This document shows, piece after piece, positions 1-11,700 of a stretch of DNA of 64,000 nucleotides. The notes under the pieces were generated by a model, which worked only from the letters and a program-made list of their open reading frames with translations, was not told where the DNA came from and did no database searches. Source of the DNA: Paraphysomonas bandaiensis (taxonomy: Eukaryota > Protista > Chrysophyceae). A program made the translations under genes and the position numbers. The stretch is from contig CBFFRP010000413.1 of NCBI GenBank assembly GCA_965644295.1, positions 42,520-106,519 of the forward strand, in the 5' to 3' direction. How positions within the stretch are numbered: the stretch's first letter is position 1; every line of letters starts with the position of its first letter.

Positions 1-147
1 GCGACTGAAATATACGAAATATAGGGGTACTACATTGTACAAATGTATTCAGAGGTAGAAAACGCACAGATATTTCATACGTTGTGAAGTGTCATGGCAA
101 ATCGCCCTTTTCTTAGATAATTACTGCTACCTATTTACACATCACAG

Positions 148-1077
148 TTACGTGGTATCACTGCCGCCATCGTACGACTTACTACTATCTCTAGATCCCT
201 GTTGAAGGGTAAGCATAACTTGTCTAGGAAAGCACATCATGGACCGGCCTTCACATAGAGTGTCCATGGTACAAAAGTTGAGATCTACGCTGTTGATGTC
301 CACTTCTATAGCGGCGTTTCTTGCAGAGCCTCCCTGACCCACTGTTATCACAGCTATTCTCCTGGGGTCCACCCATCCCAACACTGAGGGTAGAGGGTGT
401 AGATCCCACTCATCCTCCCCATTGAAGTCCCGGTACACCACGAGAATTGCGCCCGGAAACAGTAGAGTGATACCAGCAGCAGTAGATAAGACACTTTCAA
501 GCAACATTCCTCGTCCCATAGTGAGCAGACGACACCCCAGACTATTTAAGAAGGTGTAACTTCTAAATATAAGTCCAAACAAGACACACACACACCCTGA
601 GACAAGTAGCAGTACTGAAATTACCCCGAAGAGTCCTCCTCTGGTAAATCCCTCTACCCCCGCAAGTGGCCCTTCTACTACCACCGCGTGTAGGATGAAG
701 CAGTACGTAAATGCCAATATGTCCTGCCGCGTTCGCACAACATCTTCTCTACGCATGTTCGATATAAGACTGTCATCCTCGTTACTGGCACTCTCCTCAA
801 CACGGTTTTCTTGTTCATACTCGAAATTTTTAACAGCCATATCTACTTGCTTCGTCTTGCCTCGACTGTACTTCTCATCCACCACTCCATTCGCTGAACT
901 TTCCACATTGCGCCTTTCACTCTCGTCCCAACGAGTTTCACCAGTAACATTCGAGTACCAGTAGTAATAGTTAGTTTCTTCGTCTAAATATCGAGTCTAA
1001 TACATATATACACAATATCAAACTCAACTCGACAACTACAAAAACTAACATACCCACTCTTCTCCTTCTTCCGACAT
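148..1077 (-). CDS. WW-domain membrane protein (2 exons: 1077-1054, 996-148; ~290 aa)
   Basis: ATG at 1077 gives MSEEGEEW, then a GT..AG intron (1053-997) joins in frame to the track ORF. The splice builds EEWTRYLDEETNYYYWYSNVTGETRWD, a WW-domain pattern. About three hydrophobic helices follow. Confidence 0.7.
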
Positions 1078-1713
1078 TTGTCTCATCACATCGCGATATA
1101 CGCCACAAAAAGGCGATTTCCTACTCAAGGCTGATTCGAAGTGCTTCTGACCAAACTATCTCACTGGAAGATATATCTCACGGGAGGAGTGCTGCTATCT
1201 AAATATGACTCTGACCACGTACAAGTCAATTTATTTGATTGAAACTTCGCTCCAAGCACACACTATAGAAATCCATATTTTCTGTTCATGGATTTCTCGA
1301 TTTCCTTTAACGCAACAAAAATAGCCCATTCTATGCATGGACCTTTTTGGGTAAGTTTCGAAAAAGGTAGGTTTTTGTTTTTTATTAATCAACAATACTT
1401 AATAAATTACAAACTAAATTGCACAAACACATACAGTAAATGCATAAAAAATAGGCTGCATACTCATGAATTTATGCAGATTTATGTTTTTTTAGGAGCC
1501 CCTCCGGACCCTATCCTACACTGTATACGGTATATGCATAAACATATGCAGAAACTGGGTCTGAATAGATTTTTATCCCAGACTTTTTATGCATTTATGT
1601 ATTTTATGCAATTTAGATAGTCACCCATGGTCATTGCAAAGCATCAACCACTTCATCGTATTTGCATATTGACATCAACTAGTCTTCGGACAAAAAGTTT
1701 ATATTAAGTAAAT

Positions 1714-2583
1714 ATGAGTGACGAGTTTTCGAGAGAAGTCACTCGGCGTGCGGTGGCAAGAGCGTGCCTTGCTTTGGACTACAAGAACGCTCAGTCTTCT
1801 GCGCTTGACAGCCTAGCCGACGTCGTCAAGCACTTTATTCAGACCGTAGGTGTAGAAATGCACAACTGCGCCGAGACTTCTGGTCGCGCTGACCCTGGAA
1901 TCTTCGACTGCAAATCTGCACTTAGTGCTGTGGTATATCACTGATCATATGTTATTCTGTATCTGACACAGGTGCAGGAGGGGTCAAAGATGCCCATTTG
2001 GAGAGAGCTGCAGACATTTGCTTTTGGTTCCCGTCATGGTAGCACTGGAAAGGTATCTACAGTGTGGTGCCAACCTTTTCCTGGTTCCGTGCCAACGTTC
2101 CCGACAGCAACTCCACTGCCCGCTACGGTTTCGGTACCCGCATCCGCTGAGTGTGTCGCCCCGAAACATAAATCTCTTTCACACTTGCCGGCTCTTCCTC
2201 CATCTAGAACTTACTCCAGAACTCCAGGGAGCGCGGAGGAGGGTCTGAAGTATAGTGAGGGAAAACGCAAGGCGGCGGAGGTTGGGCTCTCGGAGGGCTC
2301 AAAGAGGGCCCGACGTATACAGGCGTCGAAGAACATACAGGCGTCACTGGCCAGACTAGATACCCACGACGCCAGTGCAACTGAAGAATCAAAAGCGTCA
2401 AATTCTGACACAGAGGAGGTAAACGGGGGACCAGGTCTCCCCGTTGCAGCTACTGATGGAGGGTCGTCAGCACTAAACGTGGTAATTGACAAGTCTGCAT
2501 CGGTAGTGAGCACCCTCCCGAAAGAGGAACAATTACTATTGGGATTGCAAGATGATGCACAGGACGGAGAATCCTCGCAGTGA
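1714..2583 (+). CDS. TAF8: Transcription initiation factor TFIID subunit 8-like (2 exons, intron 1933-1971)
   Basis: Exon 1 is a Bromo_TP-type histone fold (RAVARACLALDY..SALDSLADVVKHFIQTVG..HNCAETSGRA). A 39-nt GT..AG intron joins ORFs 1714 and 1972 in frame. Exon 2 has the TAF8 motifs PFPGSVPTFP and HLPALPPSRTY. Confidence 0.8.
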
Positions 2584-3080
2584 GTGATGATGTTAGTGCT
2601 AGATGACCGCCTTTAAGTCTGATCATGTTGCTCGGTTGTATATAAAGTGGAGTGAGCTTGGTGTAGAGTTTATTATGACGCGTCTATATAAGTTTTAGTC
2701 ATATGTACTTTGTGCTGACGTATTGAAGACAACATTGAACAAAGGAAGCTTATGTATACATATTATGTACGGTGTTGGCGGTGTAAGTGACGTATTGGCT
2801 ATGCTTCTGGTTGTAGCTGTAAGAATTGGACACCTCACTGAAGCTAACCATGCTCAAACCATACCTTAAATCTTAAGCGTGCTTTGTTGCACACAATATA
2901 CGTCCAAGAAAGAGTCATGATTATTTATCTAAACACATCACCTAATATTCGCGTAACATCTGGTCTCCTTGTTGAGTTTTGCTGTTTGTGAGATATTAAA
3001 AGTTACATTTCTAAGGTTACTTGAAGAATACAGTAGTGATTAACAGTAGAACTAATGACATGATAGGAATAATCGTAGTG

Positions 3081-3322
3081 ATATATTGAAAGTCTTTTTA
3101 TTTAGCAATAGGCGTTAAAAACCTGTACCAATATAGTGGCTAGTTGAATGCTAGACATACTAGTTAGACCTCTACCCATAACTAATCAGCACAAATTCTA
3201 TTATCCTACTATTTAACGCTACAGAAGCTGGTTGTGCGTCGCCGCAAGCACTAAGGTGCGACCACTTCCGTTCTTGATGTTAATTGCGTGATTCGCCATT
3301 GTCGTGTCCTAGGACTCACCGG
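3081..3322 (-). mobile_element. 3' fragment of a non-LTR retroelement sharing its tail with the SINE-like family
   Basis: Matches the family tail (ATATTGAAAGTC..GCAATAGGCG..GTGCGTCGCCGCAAGCAC..ACCACTTCCG). It then continues into sequence shared only with 37285-37538 and its duplicate. Confidence 0.65.
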
Positions 3323-4153
3323 TGCTATATGATAGATGTGTATATAGTATATAGGGGACACGTTGTGCAACGTACAGCACATGACAAGTGAAAGCAGTGA
3401 TCAAAGTCCACTACTGCAACACTGGAACGCTTAAGACTACACATACATTGTGTGCAATTTGCATCGGGGACTGCCTTGTGTACCTCACGGCAACCAGGGG
3501 AACACGGTACTATACCCTGCTGAGATTGGCGATCTGGTGGTCTTCCTTTAGGCATTGTGCCAAGTGGCTCGGAGGTATGTGGATGAAGGTCTTGCAAAAG
3601 GGTATGGCCTACTGTGAAGAAGCGTCGAAATCGACTCTTTTGCTGTCTTAGCCAGCGGTAGAGAGCACATGCAAGAGAGTATATAGCTGGATAGGGGTGT
3701 GATATGAGGGTCATTCGGTGTGTCCAGCAACAGGGAGTCGAGAGGGAGTGTGATGGTGCAAAAGAGGCAATCATATCTGATAGAGGAGAGTAGGACTGCG
3801 CAACAGAACTAGGTCTGTTAAGGTCGGGTACTCTGATAGACCTATGCACGAGATGATCATGATGATGGTCTGGAGGAGACACTCGGACGTCCTCAGCGCC
3901 TTGTTAGTGTCTGTGTTGGTGCAGGGGGGTACAGGCTGAGGCATAGAGTGTCGGTGGAAGGAAGGTGACGGATAATTGTAGTGAAACTGAAAAATAAATA
4001 TTGTCTATTCGATTAGGGTGTATAAGATCGTGTCTATTTAAGACCTGATAATACTGAATTGTAGTTGAGAGAATATAATTGCAGAGAATATCAATGGTTG
4101 ATGAGATATATTGATCAGAATTATATTAATTAATTACTGCGCGAGTTCAAGTT

Positions 4154-5131
4154 GGGGAAATATTATTCAACCTAGTCACACTATATTTGGTGGAATAACC
4201 TAGTCAGAGGTCAGAGTAAAAAATGAGTCAACCTAGTCAATTTTGGTATTCAACCTTGTCGCTCTTATATCCATTGATTACACACTGTGACTGTCTAAGA
4301 TACCATCTCACACATGGCTTACAGAGCATCAAAACAAACATTAAAACATAGCAATATGCTCATATATACATATCTACTTAACAGGTGTTCGTCTATAGCT
4401 TAAAAGTATATAGCGATGGGTCCCCTGTGAGTGTTATGGGGAGGAGGGGTCCATGAAGCTGTGAATATAACTCACTCTATGATCTGCATGAGCTGCAAAC
4501 GCATGACTAGGTTTTATATTGTACTGTTGCGTTTTAGTAGAGTACTGATTATAGGTACCACAGCATATATATGTTGTAAGTGAGGTATCTTACAAAATCA
4601 AGAGCAATACCTATATTGTTATTGCTCTTGTCTACAGCTGTCCGCGGCTATGGGATACTTGCAGCTATTGATCCTACCTCTAGCCGTAAATCATTTTTGA
4701 GGTATGTGCAAGATATATATATTACAATATATTTTACAATCTTGTGACCGTTAATCATTGTATGACAGGCACCCTCCTCAACTGTGAACCCACCGATGCC
4801 ATGGCCCTTAGGAAGCTGTGGAACTGCACCGGACATTGTCACGAGAAACTCTCCAATTCTCGTTGGAATGCGACGTTAAAATGTTATGTATTTCATGTAT
4901 AAAATATCTGCATTCATTAATTGGTGGCTAGAGTATGCACCCATGCTTGAATGAAAATTTTATTTTTGACTAGGTGAGTAGCATAGACACCTAGTCAACC
5001 TAGTCATTGTAAACTGAAAACATGAATTATTAAATGACTAGGTTTTTCAACTGCTTGACTAGGTTTTAATACCAATTTTGGTGTGATTATTAGGAATTAC
5101 ACCATTTTGACTAGGTCCAATAATAGATTCC
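4154..5131. mobile_element. Non-autonomous TIR DNA transposon with 8-bp TSD (GG..CC ends, Merlin/Mutator-like)
   Basis: TTCAAGTT is duplicated at 4146-4153 and 5132-5139. Imperfect TIR GGAAATATTATTCAACCTAGTCA vs GGAATCTATTATTGGACCTAGTCA. ACCTAGTCA/TGACTAGGT motifs cluster near both ends. Confidence 0.75.
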
Positions 5132-6190
5132 TTCAAGTTCAGATACCTAAGTTATTTCACTATCCAAATATGTCAAATATTGACACTCGTTTACATCTGT
5201 TAAAAGATATAATCGTGTCTTTTCGCATACTGTGACTTTGATATACTTTTTCACTTCATATTTTACATGTGTTTATTTTTCGACTTCTATAAGTGGAATT
5301 CAAAATGAGATCTACAAGTACATTGAAAATGATGAATGATATCAAGCTCTGCAGAACACTATAAATAGTAGATATAATATATTACTGTTGAATACAACAT
5401 AAATTTTTGCATTTTTCGTAGCTCAATTACTTATATTTGAGTTAAACATAGGAATAAAGTATTCTGATTACAGTATACTGTTGTAGGTAGTAAAACAAAG
5501 TAGTGTGAACATTAAGTGTAGATAAATATCAAAGCAACGAAGATATGAAATCTACTACATGCTGTGGCTTAGGAAAGCTACATGCAGACGTTTTTGATTC
5601 CTTTGGGCGCTTATACAAGTATCTATTGCAGAGTCATACATTACAACGAGTTCCAGCTCATACATTCAATATCCTAGTCACATGTTACACTACTGGCACA
5701 CATCAGATAGAAGAATTATGATACGGCGCCTCGTAAGCCCGAGGGCATTGCCCTCCCAACGTTCCAACTGCTTCAATTTTCCGCTAGTGTAATATGTTTT
5801 ATAAGCGCAAATAATTTCCTTGCTTCACTTTTTATAACTTGGCTATCTTCGCATCTTCCGGGTTATTTTCTTGAATTATACAGCGTGAGCAGTGCCTGAC
5901 ATTTATTTATAAAATAGGTCCACATGAACTTCATATTCGTCAAACTAAGTACTTAGTGATTTCTTTTACCTCAGAATCGGAACAATTATGCTATGAACGT
6001 AGTGCCCACATTTTCAAAAATGATGGGGCAGCTGTCTCGATAACAAGAAAATTACTCCAGTGAGTCCACTGTCAAGCAAGATGCTAATATCAATTTCTGG
6101 ATTTCGGATATCTATATCTCGTGCACTCGCAGAAGGAATTCCAATTCTATATAGTATCGGCAGTCAGCATCTTATGTTTTCGGAAATAAA

Positions 6191-6811
6191 TTGAAGCAAA
6201 ATTACTCTATCTTACTGAAATACAACTACAGCTGTAATACAGATATTTGTTGTCTCAATATTAGTGGCATCTCTGAACAAAAATATACCAAGGATGCCAA
6301 TACGCAACATAAACCTTCTGGCCGGAAAAAATGGAAGGAAGTGCAACTTTTCGACGTCCTACTCATACCGGAATACAGCAGTATGTCCACAATTTTTAAT
6401 GAAAACCACGGAGAATTTTATTCTGATGTGTATTCCCACTATTGGGGTGTTTGTGATGAAGTAAACTTGTGCAAGAACTTAACTTGTGGAGGCGCAATCC
6501 TTTGTATTAATACACGTAACTATGACTCACAACAGCTGGTCATTATGAACGACACGTCCACTAAACCGAAGAACCAGATGTTGCCTCCTTTCAACAGTGT
6601 CTTTGGATTCGAGGTTAAAGTACCATCTTCAGCAGTACCAAGTAAATTAAATCTGAATAAGCGAAAGTTGGAGCACAAGGTTTTTGTAGTTCCAACAGAG
6701 TTTGCAGAGAAAGAGTACACAGTTCAGGATCACTATGCACCAGCAGACTCGAAACCACCGACACAACAAGCACACGGAAGATGGTTAGTAAAAAACGTTG
6801 CATTAAAGTAA
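6191..6811 (+). pseudogene. Degenerate ORF, possibly a Crinkler/RHS-type REase-fold C-terminal remnant
   Basis: 206-codon open frame with no ATG near its start and a disrupted upstream region. KPKNQMLPPFNSVFGFEVKV...VFVVPTEFAEKEYTVQ loosely resembles CRN/RHS C-termini (by eye only). Confidence 0.3.
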
Positions 6812-7849
6812 TCTTATCTGAGTCATTTCTATATCTTTTAGGAGTAGAGAAGAGCATGCACTATTTCTTCGTGCCATATCAAAGCACGGAAGAAATCTAC
6901 GTAAAATTGCGGCTGAAATTCCGACTCGAAGTTACACTCAAGTGCGCACACATGCTGAAAAGTGTTTCTCACTTCGAGATACACCCATATTTAGAAAAGT
7001 TGTTCACCAAAGCGTCTGATTATGAGTAGTCGGTGGAGCTGTGTTAGCAAAGTGTTTCGTATAAGGCAGTATATCTGTCATGTGTCAATTTATGTTGCAA
7101 TGCGTATGATGATTTCAAGCTGTTATTATGATTTGTATATCGGTTGAATACTAATATCTTCAGTAAGTTTGCTGTGCTAACTATTTCAATGCGTTTTCCA
7201 GTACTATTTTTTTGTAACCCTTTCATAATTTTTAGCCTCCGAAACCAGAAAGACAAACTAATGACTCACGACATACGACATATGTACGTAAATAATAGTA
7301 TACACGATGACATAACAGCATAGTTATTTAAATTGCAGTATTGCCTTGTTCTAATGGCGTGTTCTAGTGTAGTGCTACTGTTAATTAAACTAAGCGCTTT
7401 GTGTGTGTTGCCTAACAAAGACCCAGTGGGTCAGATCTTCACATCTACCATCAACACTATCCACACATGATAACAATACTAAACCTCGCGCATTCTGGGT
7501 CTAATCTAATGCCTTGCGAACTCTTCACAATACATACACACGTCACGCGTAGCTATTAGAAATCCCATGTAATCTTTGTGAAGGCAAGGTGGAGCGGTGG
7601 AGGGATAGGGTGACTCTAACAGAATCTACGCAGGAACTCTATGGTCAGCCAAGATGGTGAACGGTTGGGAGACTGAGTAGTATCACATGATACTTTCATA
7701 TTTACAGCCACAGGATAGAGCGCATATCAGGAATAGGGAACAATATATTGATTGGTGGATCAGCCAAAAATTCTATATATACATTGTTCCTGTTAAAGTA
7801 TCTCACAATATATTGCAATCAACAGTTTGATAGTAGTAGACTGATATGA

Positions 7850-8240
7850 AAGCTTCTGAACTGTAGGGTGCAAAATTCAATCAGGCGAAGAACTTGAGTT
7901 GACAAGCTCTGAGAAAGATGCTGTTAGAATAAATCTCCGTTCAGACAGTGATTGAAACAATATAGAGGATGATGAAGCGTTAACTATGCGTAAAATTTCT
8001 TCAGTCAGTCCAACAAATTAAGAAGCAAAAGTTGCAACATCTAAGTACAGGTGCACGGGACATGCACTATACACTTCCAAAAAATGTGAACACAGCTAAA
8101 TTTATTATATCAGCGTATGTATCCTACATTAGTATGATGTTGTTTCTGACACGCTAATCGGCCGTTGTGCCGGATGCAAGCATAGTTCAAAACATTTATG
8201 AATATTGTGATGCTGACGTCACCGATGATGACTCAGAGGA
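7850..8240 (+). pseudogene. hAT-like transposase C-terminal remnant
   Basis: Frameshifted translation KIQSGEELELTSSEKDAV...SKYRCTGHALYTSKKCE..AKFII...MMLFL..ANRPL..DASIV. This resembles the C-terminus of stramenopile hAT-type transposases (PTSNxCERLFS..LFLxxNxxxW). Confidence 0.55.
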
Positions 8241-8333
8241 AAATAGTAGTAAAAGTTTTATTATTAGCAATAGGCATTTTAGAGTTAGTGCTTAACTATT
8301 CTGATAATATCCTACTATTTAACACTACGAAAG

Positions 8334-8598
8334 AATAAAGAATTGATCTTTATAATAGTAAAACAATGTTGTGATTATTAGAGTGTAAGTAATGAACACG
8401 ATAGAGTGAAAATTATGAATAACAATATAGAACGTACTATCATGCACAACGGAATAGTTAGAAGTGTAACTGATAATGACGACGTTATGATGACGATCAC
8501 GTATCTTCGACAGATACTCTCTCTAATTCAGTTCATGGTATATTTCATTGAACATTATAACTCACAGATACAATCATGTATTAAGCTGAATCCTAATA
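8334..8598 (-). repeat. 3' LTR of Copia element 1
   Basis: No difference seen from 13804-14068. Preceded on the minus strand by the PPT TTGAGGGGGCG (8599-8609). Confidence 0.95.
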
Positions 8599-8798
8599 CG
8601 CCCCCTCAATGAAATAATCAGTGAATCGTAGATAATAGAGAGAATATGAACTTATGCACACTGAGAGTAAAAACCAGAGTAGCAGTCACTAGTCAATAAT
8701 AAGCGAACTGCAGAGATGCCATATTGTGAGACCATCCTTCTAGTCCAGCATCATGTATTGAATAAAAATAAAAAAAAATGGTAAAAACTCCGTGTAAC

Positions 8799-11700
8799 TC
8801 AAACTAGCCACCTAGGTCGCTTGTGGCTTGTTAATTGTGATTTAGGTGTCTCTGAGGTTGTTGATCGCTTTCTGTTGCTGCTGGATGGGATGTCGAACCC
8901 AGCTCCCCCCATCAATGTAGTTCGCAATTGAAGAAAATTAGTTGTTCCTAGTGGTTTCGTGAGAAGATCGGCTAACATTGACGTGGTGGGAATATGGTCA
9001 ACAGTCAATTGGTTTTCGGCAATATTTTCTCGAATGAAATGATACCGTATCGCAATATGTTTCGTACGACGATGATGAGTAGGATTGTAGCATAATTGGA
9101 CTGCCCCTTTATTATCGCACCAAATAGTTGTTGAGAATGGAAGTTTGAAACCAATTTCTGATAATAAAGAGCGTAGCCATAATGCTTCCTGAGCTGCTGA
9201 CGATAGAGCCATATACTCAGCTTCAGTAGATGACAATGCCACAGTTGTCTGTAATCGAGATTGCCATGATATAAGACAATTACCTATGAAGAATGTAAAA
9301 GCTGTAGTGGACCGTCGAGTGAGGTGACATCGTGCCCAATCGCTATCGCAGTATCCTGACAATGTTATGTGGGATCCAGAATATATCAATCCTTGCTTAG
9401 CAGTGCCTTTGAGATACCTAAGAACATGTAACGCAGCATTACAGGTAGTTAGATTAGGCATATCAGAAAATCTGGCAAGAGTATTGACTGCGTAGGCGAT
9501 ATCCGGTCGAGTGCATACAGCTAGATACATCAGGGAACCTATGAGCTCCTTGTAGGGGAAATTCTGAACATAACTTTGATTTGACTCTGAAAGATGATTG
9601 TATTCATGTAAATCATAGTTGAAAGACAGTAACATAGGTGTTGACATGGGTTTACTGTTGGACATGTTGAATTTGTCCAGCAGTTTTCTGACATACTGCT
9701 CCTGACTGAGAGTCGTGATATTTTTGTCAAAATCTTGATGAATGGAGATGCCCAAGTAATAATCTAGGAGTCCGAGATCCGTAATTTCGAACTTTTTGGA
9801 TAAATGATCTTTGAATTGTTGGATATCAGTGTCGGATGTAGATGCTATAATAATATCGTCCACATACATGGCTATTAGCATAATCCTGCCATTAATCTGC
9901 TTTTTGAATATACACGGGTCAGATATTAGTCTGGTGAAACCCATATCTAGCATAAAATTTGTACAGCACTTATACCAGTTAAGACCTGCTTGCTTTAGAC
10001 CATAGATGCTTTTCATCAGTTTGAGGACTTTTCCGTCAGGGACGTCCATGCCAGGAGGGGGATACATGTATATGTCCTCTTCGAGGTCAGCATTGATGTA
10101 CGCAGTTGTGAAATCGATTTGGTGCAATTTGAGTTTCATAATAGTCGAAAGGGCAATAATTGTACGTAGGGATGTAGCCTTCGCGACGGGGCTGTATGTG
10201 TCATTGTAATCGATGCCTTGGATTTGAGTAAAACCCTGTGCGACTAGTCGAGCCTTGAATTTGATATCATTCTGTTTTCTTTTTATTTTGAATATGAGTT
10301 TCCCCTTTATGGCTCTTGCTCCAGGTGGTAACGCAGTGTATCTCCAGCACCCTTTCCTCTGAAGAGTGGATATTTCTCTGTTGATAGCATCGATCCACTG
10401 CTGTTTATATTTACCTGAAATAGCATCTTGAACACTCTTTGGTGTATCAGTTAGCTCGTCAATGTCATCGCAATTACTGATAGCATGCATAACAATATCA
10501 ATATTGTTAGTATGTAATTTTGATATACATTGTGTGTCATGTGCCATATGATTTACTACATGTTTAGCATTTACATCACATGTATATACACCATCACCAA
10601 GTTTATGTATATTTACGATTACCCGTTTCCTGGCCATTCTCCTGCTTCGGAGAACACTCTTTCTACCAGCTAAAAATTGTTGTTTTGCTGTAGCACGGAC
10701 CTTACTTGGCCCTTCAGGTGTACCCTGATTTTCCCAATCTCCCGATGAATCAGCAGGCTTGTTGCAGCGTTTGGCCACACGCTGACGCACACGATCCACT
10801 TGACCGTGTGGTGCCGGATTCGGCACTAGATTCCCATTGAATTGTTTCGAAGGGCGAGTCTTCGCTATCTTTGCATCGGAGTGGGTAGGTTCACACCGAT
10901 GGCTGCTGATTCTCTCCTGCGCGGCATCATGATGTCTTCGATTCACGCCACTCCCCCTGGAAGTAGCGGCTGGCGCTGGAGATCCATTAACTGTATCGGG
11001 GTCTCGATCTGATTTGCTGGATTTATGTATTGGGGTTTTCGATCGAGAAGTATTACATTTGAGACCAACTGCTTTGAGTTCTATGTATTCTTCAGTGTAC
11101 TTTTCGACGTCTGCAGCATGAATGGGGTCGTCGAGCTGGATGAGTCGTGTCTTGTCACCGCTGTCGTCCACTAGACCACGATACGCTGCGATTAATCCTT
11201 TTCTGAGCTTTATTTGAGTTGTTACATATGTTAATCCATCGTCTGGATCTACATGAGCTAGGCCTATGAGATATTTGAAACTTTCTACTGTCCTGGAGGT
11301 CTCATTCTCTCTGAAGATCTCATTTATCTCTTTAAAATATCTCTTATCCGCTGGTGGAACACATTCGTTGAAAAATACATGTCCTGATATAACAAAATCT
11401 CTTAATGCGGGAACAAAGACTATATATCCAGGACCATCCTCTCGATAGCCCATAAAATACCCAGGCCAGCTATGTCTGTCCCAATTGTTCTTTCGGAGAC
11501 TGGAATCGATATTCACAAAGCATTTACATCCCCATATTCTGGCATAACTCAAGTCTGGTATTTCGTTTTCGATAAACTGAAGTGGAGACATAAATCCTTT
11601 AGCTGTTTGACACGGTAACCTGTTCTTGATGTGTATTGTCGCCTTTGAGGCTTGTTCCCAGAAATTCGGTGGGAGTCCAGAGTCGATAAGGCTGCTGAGT

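Noticed and set aside
1288-1630. ATGCAT/TTTATGCA-rich tract and 110-aa ORF upstream of TAF8
   Set aside because: It looks like a MITE remnant, but I could not define paired TIRs or a TSD. The ORF is low-complexity.
3325-3970. C/A-rich minus-strand Pro/Thr/His ORFs next to repeat copies (also 28960-29400 and 37695-38850) as LINE ORF1 remnants
   Set aside because: Only compositional similarity. No alignable motif or RT/endonuclease signature was found.
4165-5120. Spaced ACCTAGTCA repeats as a CRISPR-like array
   Set aside because: 9-bp units, irregular spacing, both orientations and eukaryotic context. Better explained as transposon subterminal repeats.
8406-8612. Duplicate ORFs MKIMNNN.. (also 13876-14178)
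   Set aside because: Chance antisense frames within the two LTR copies.
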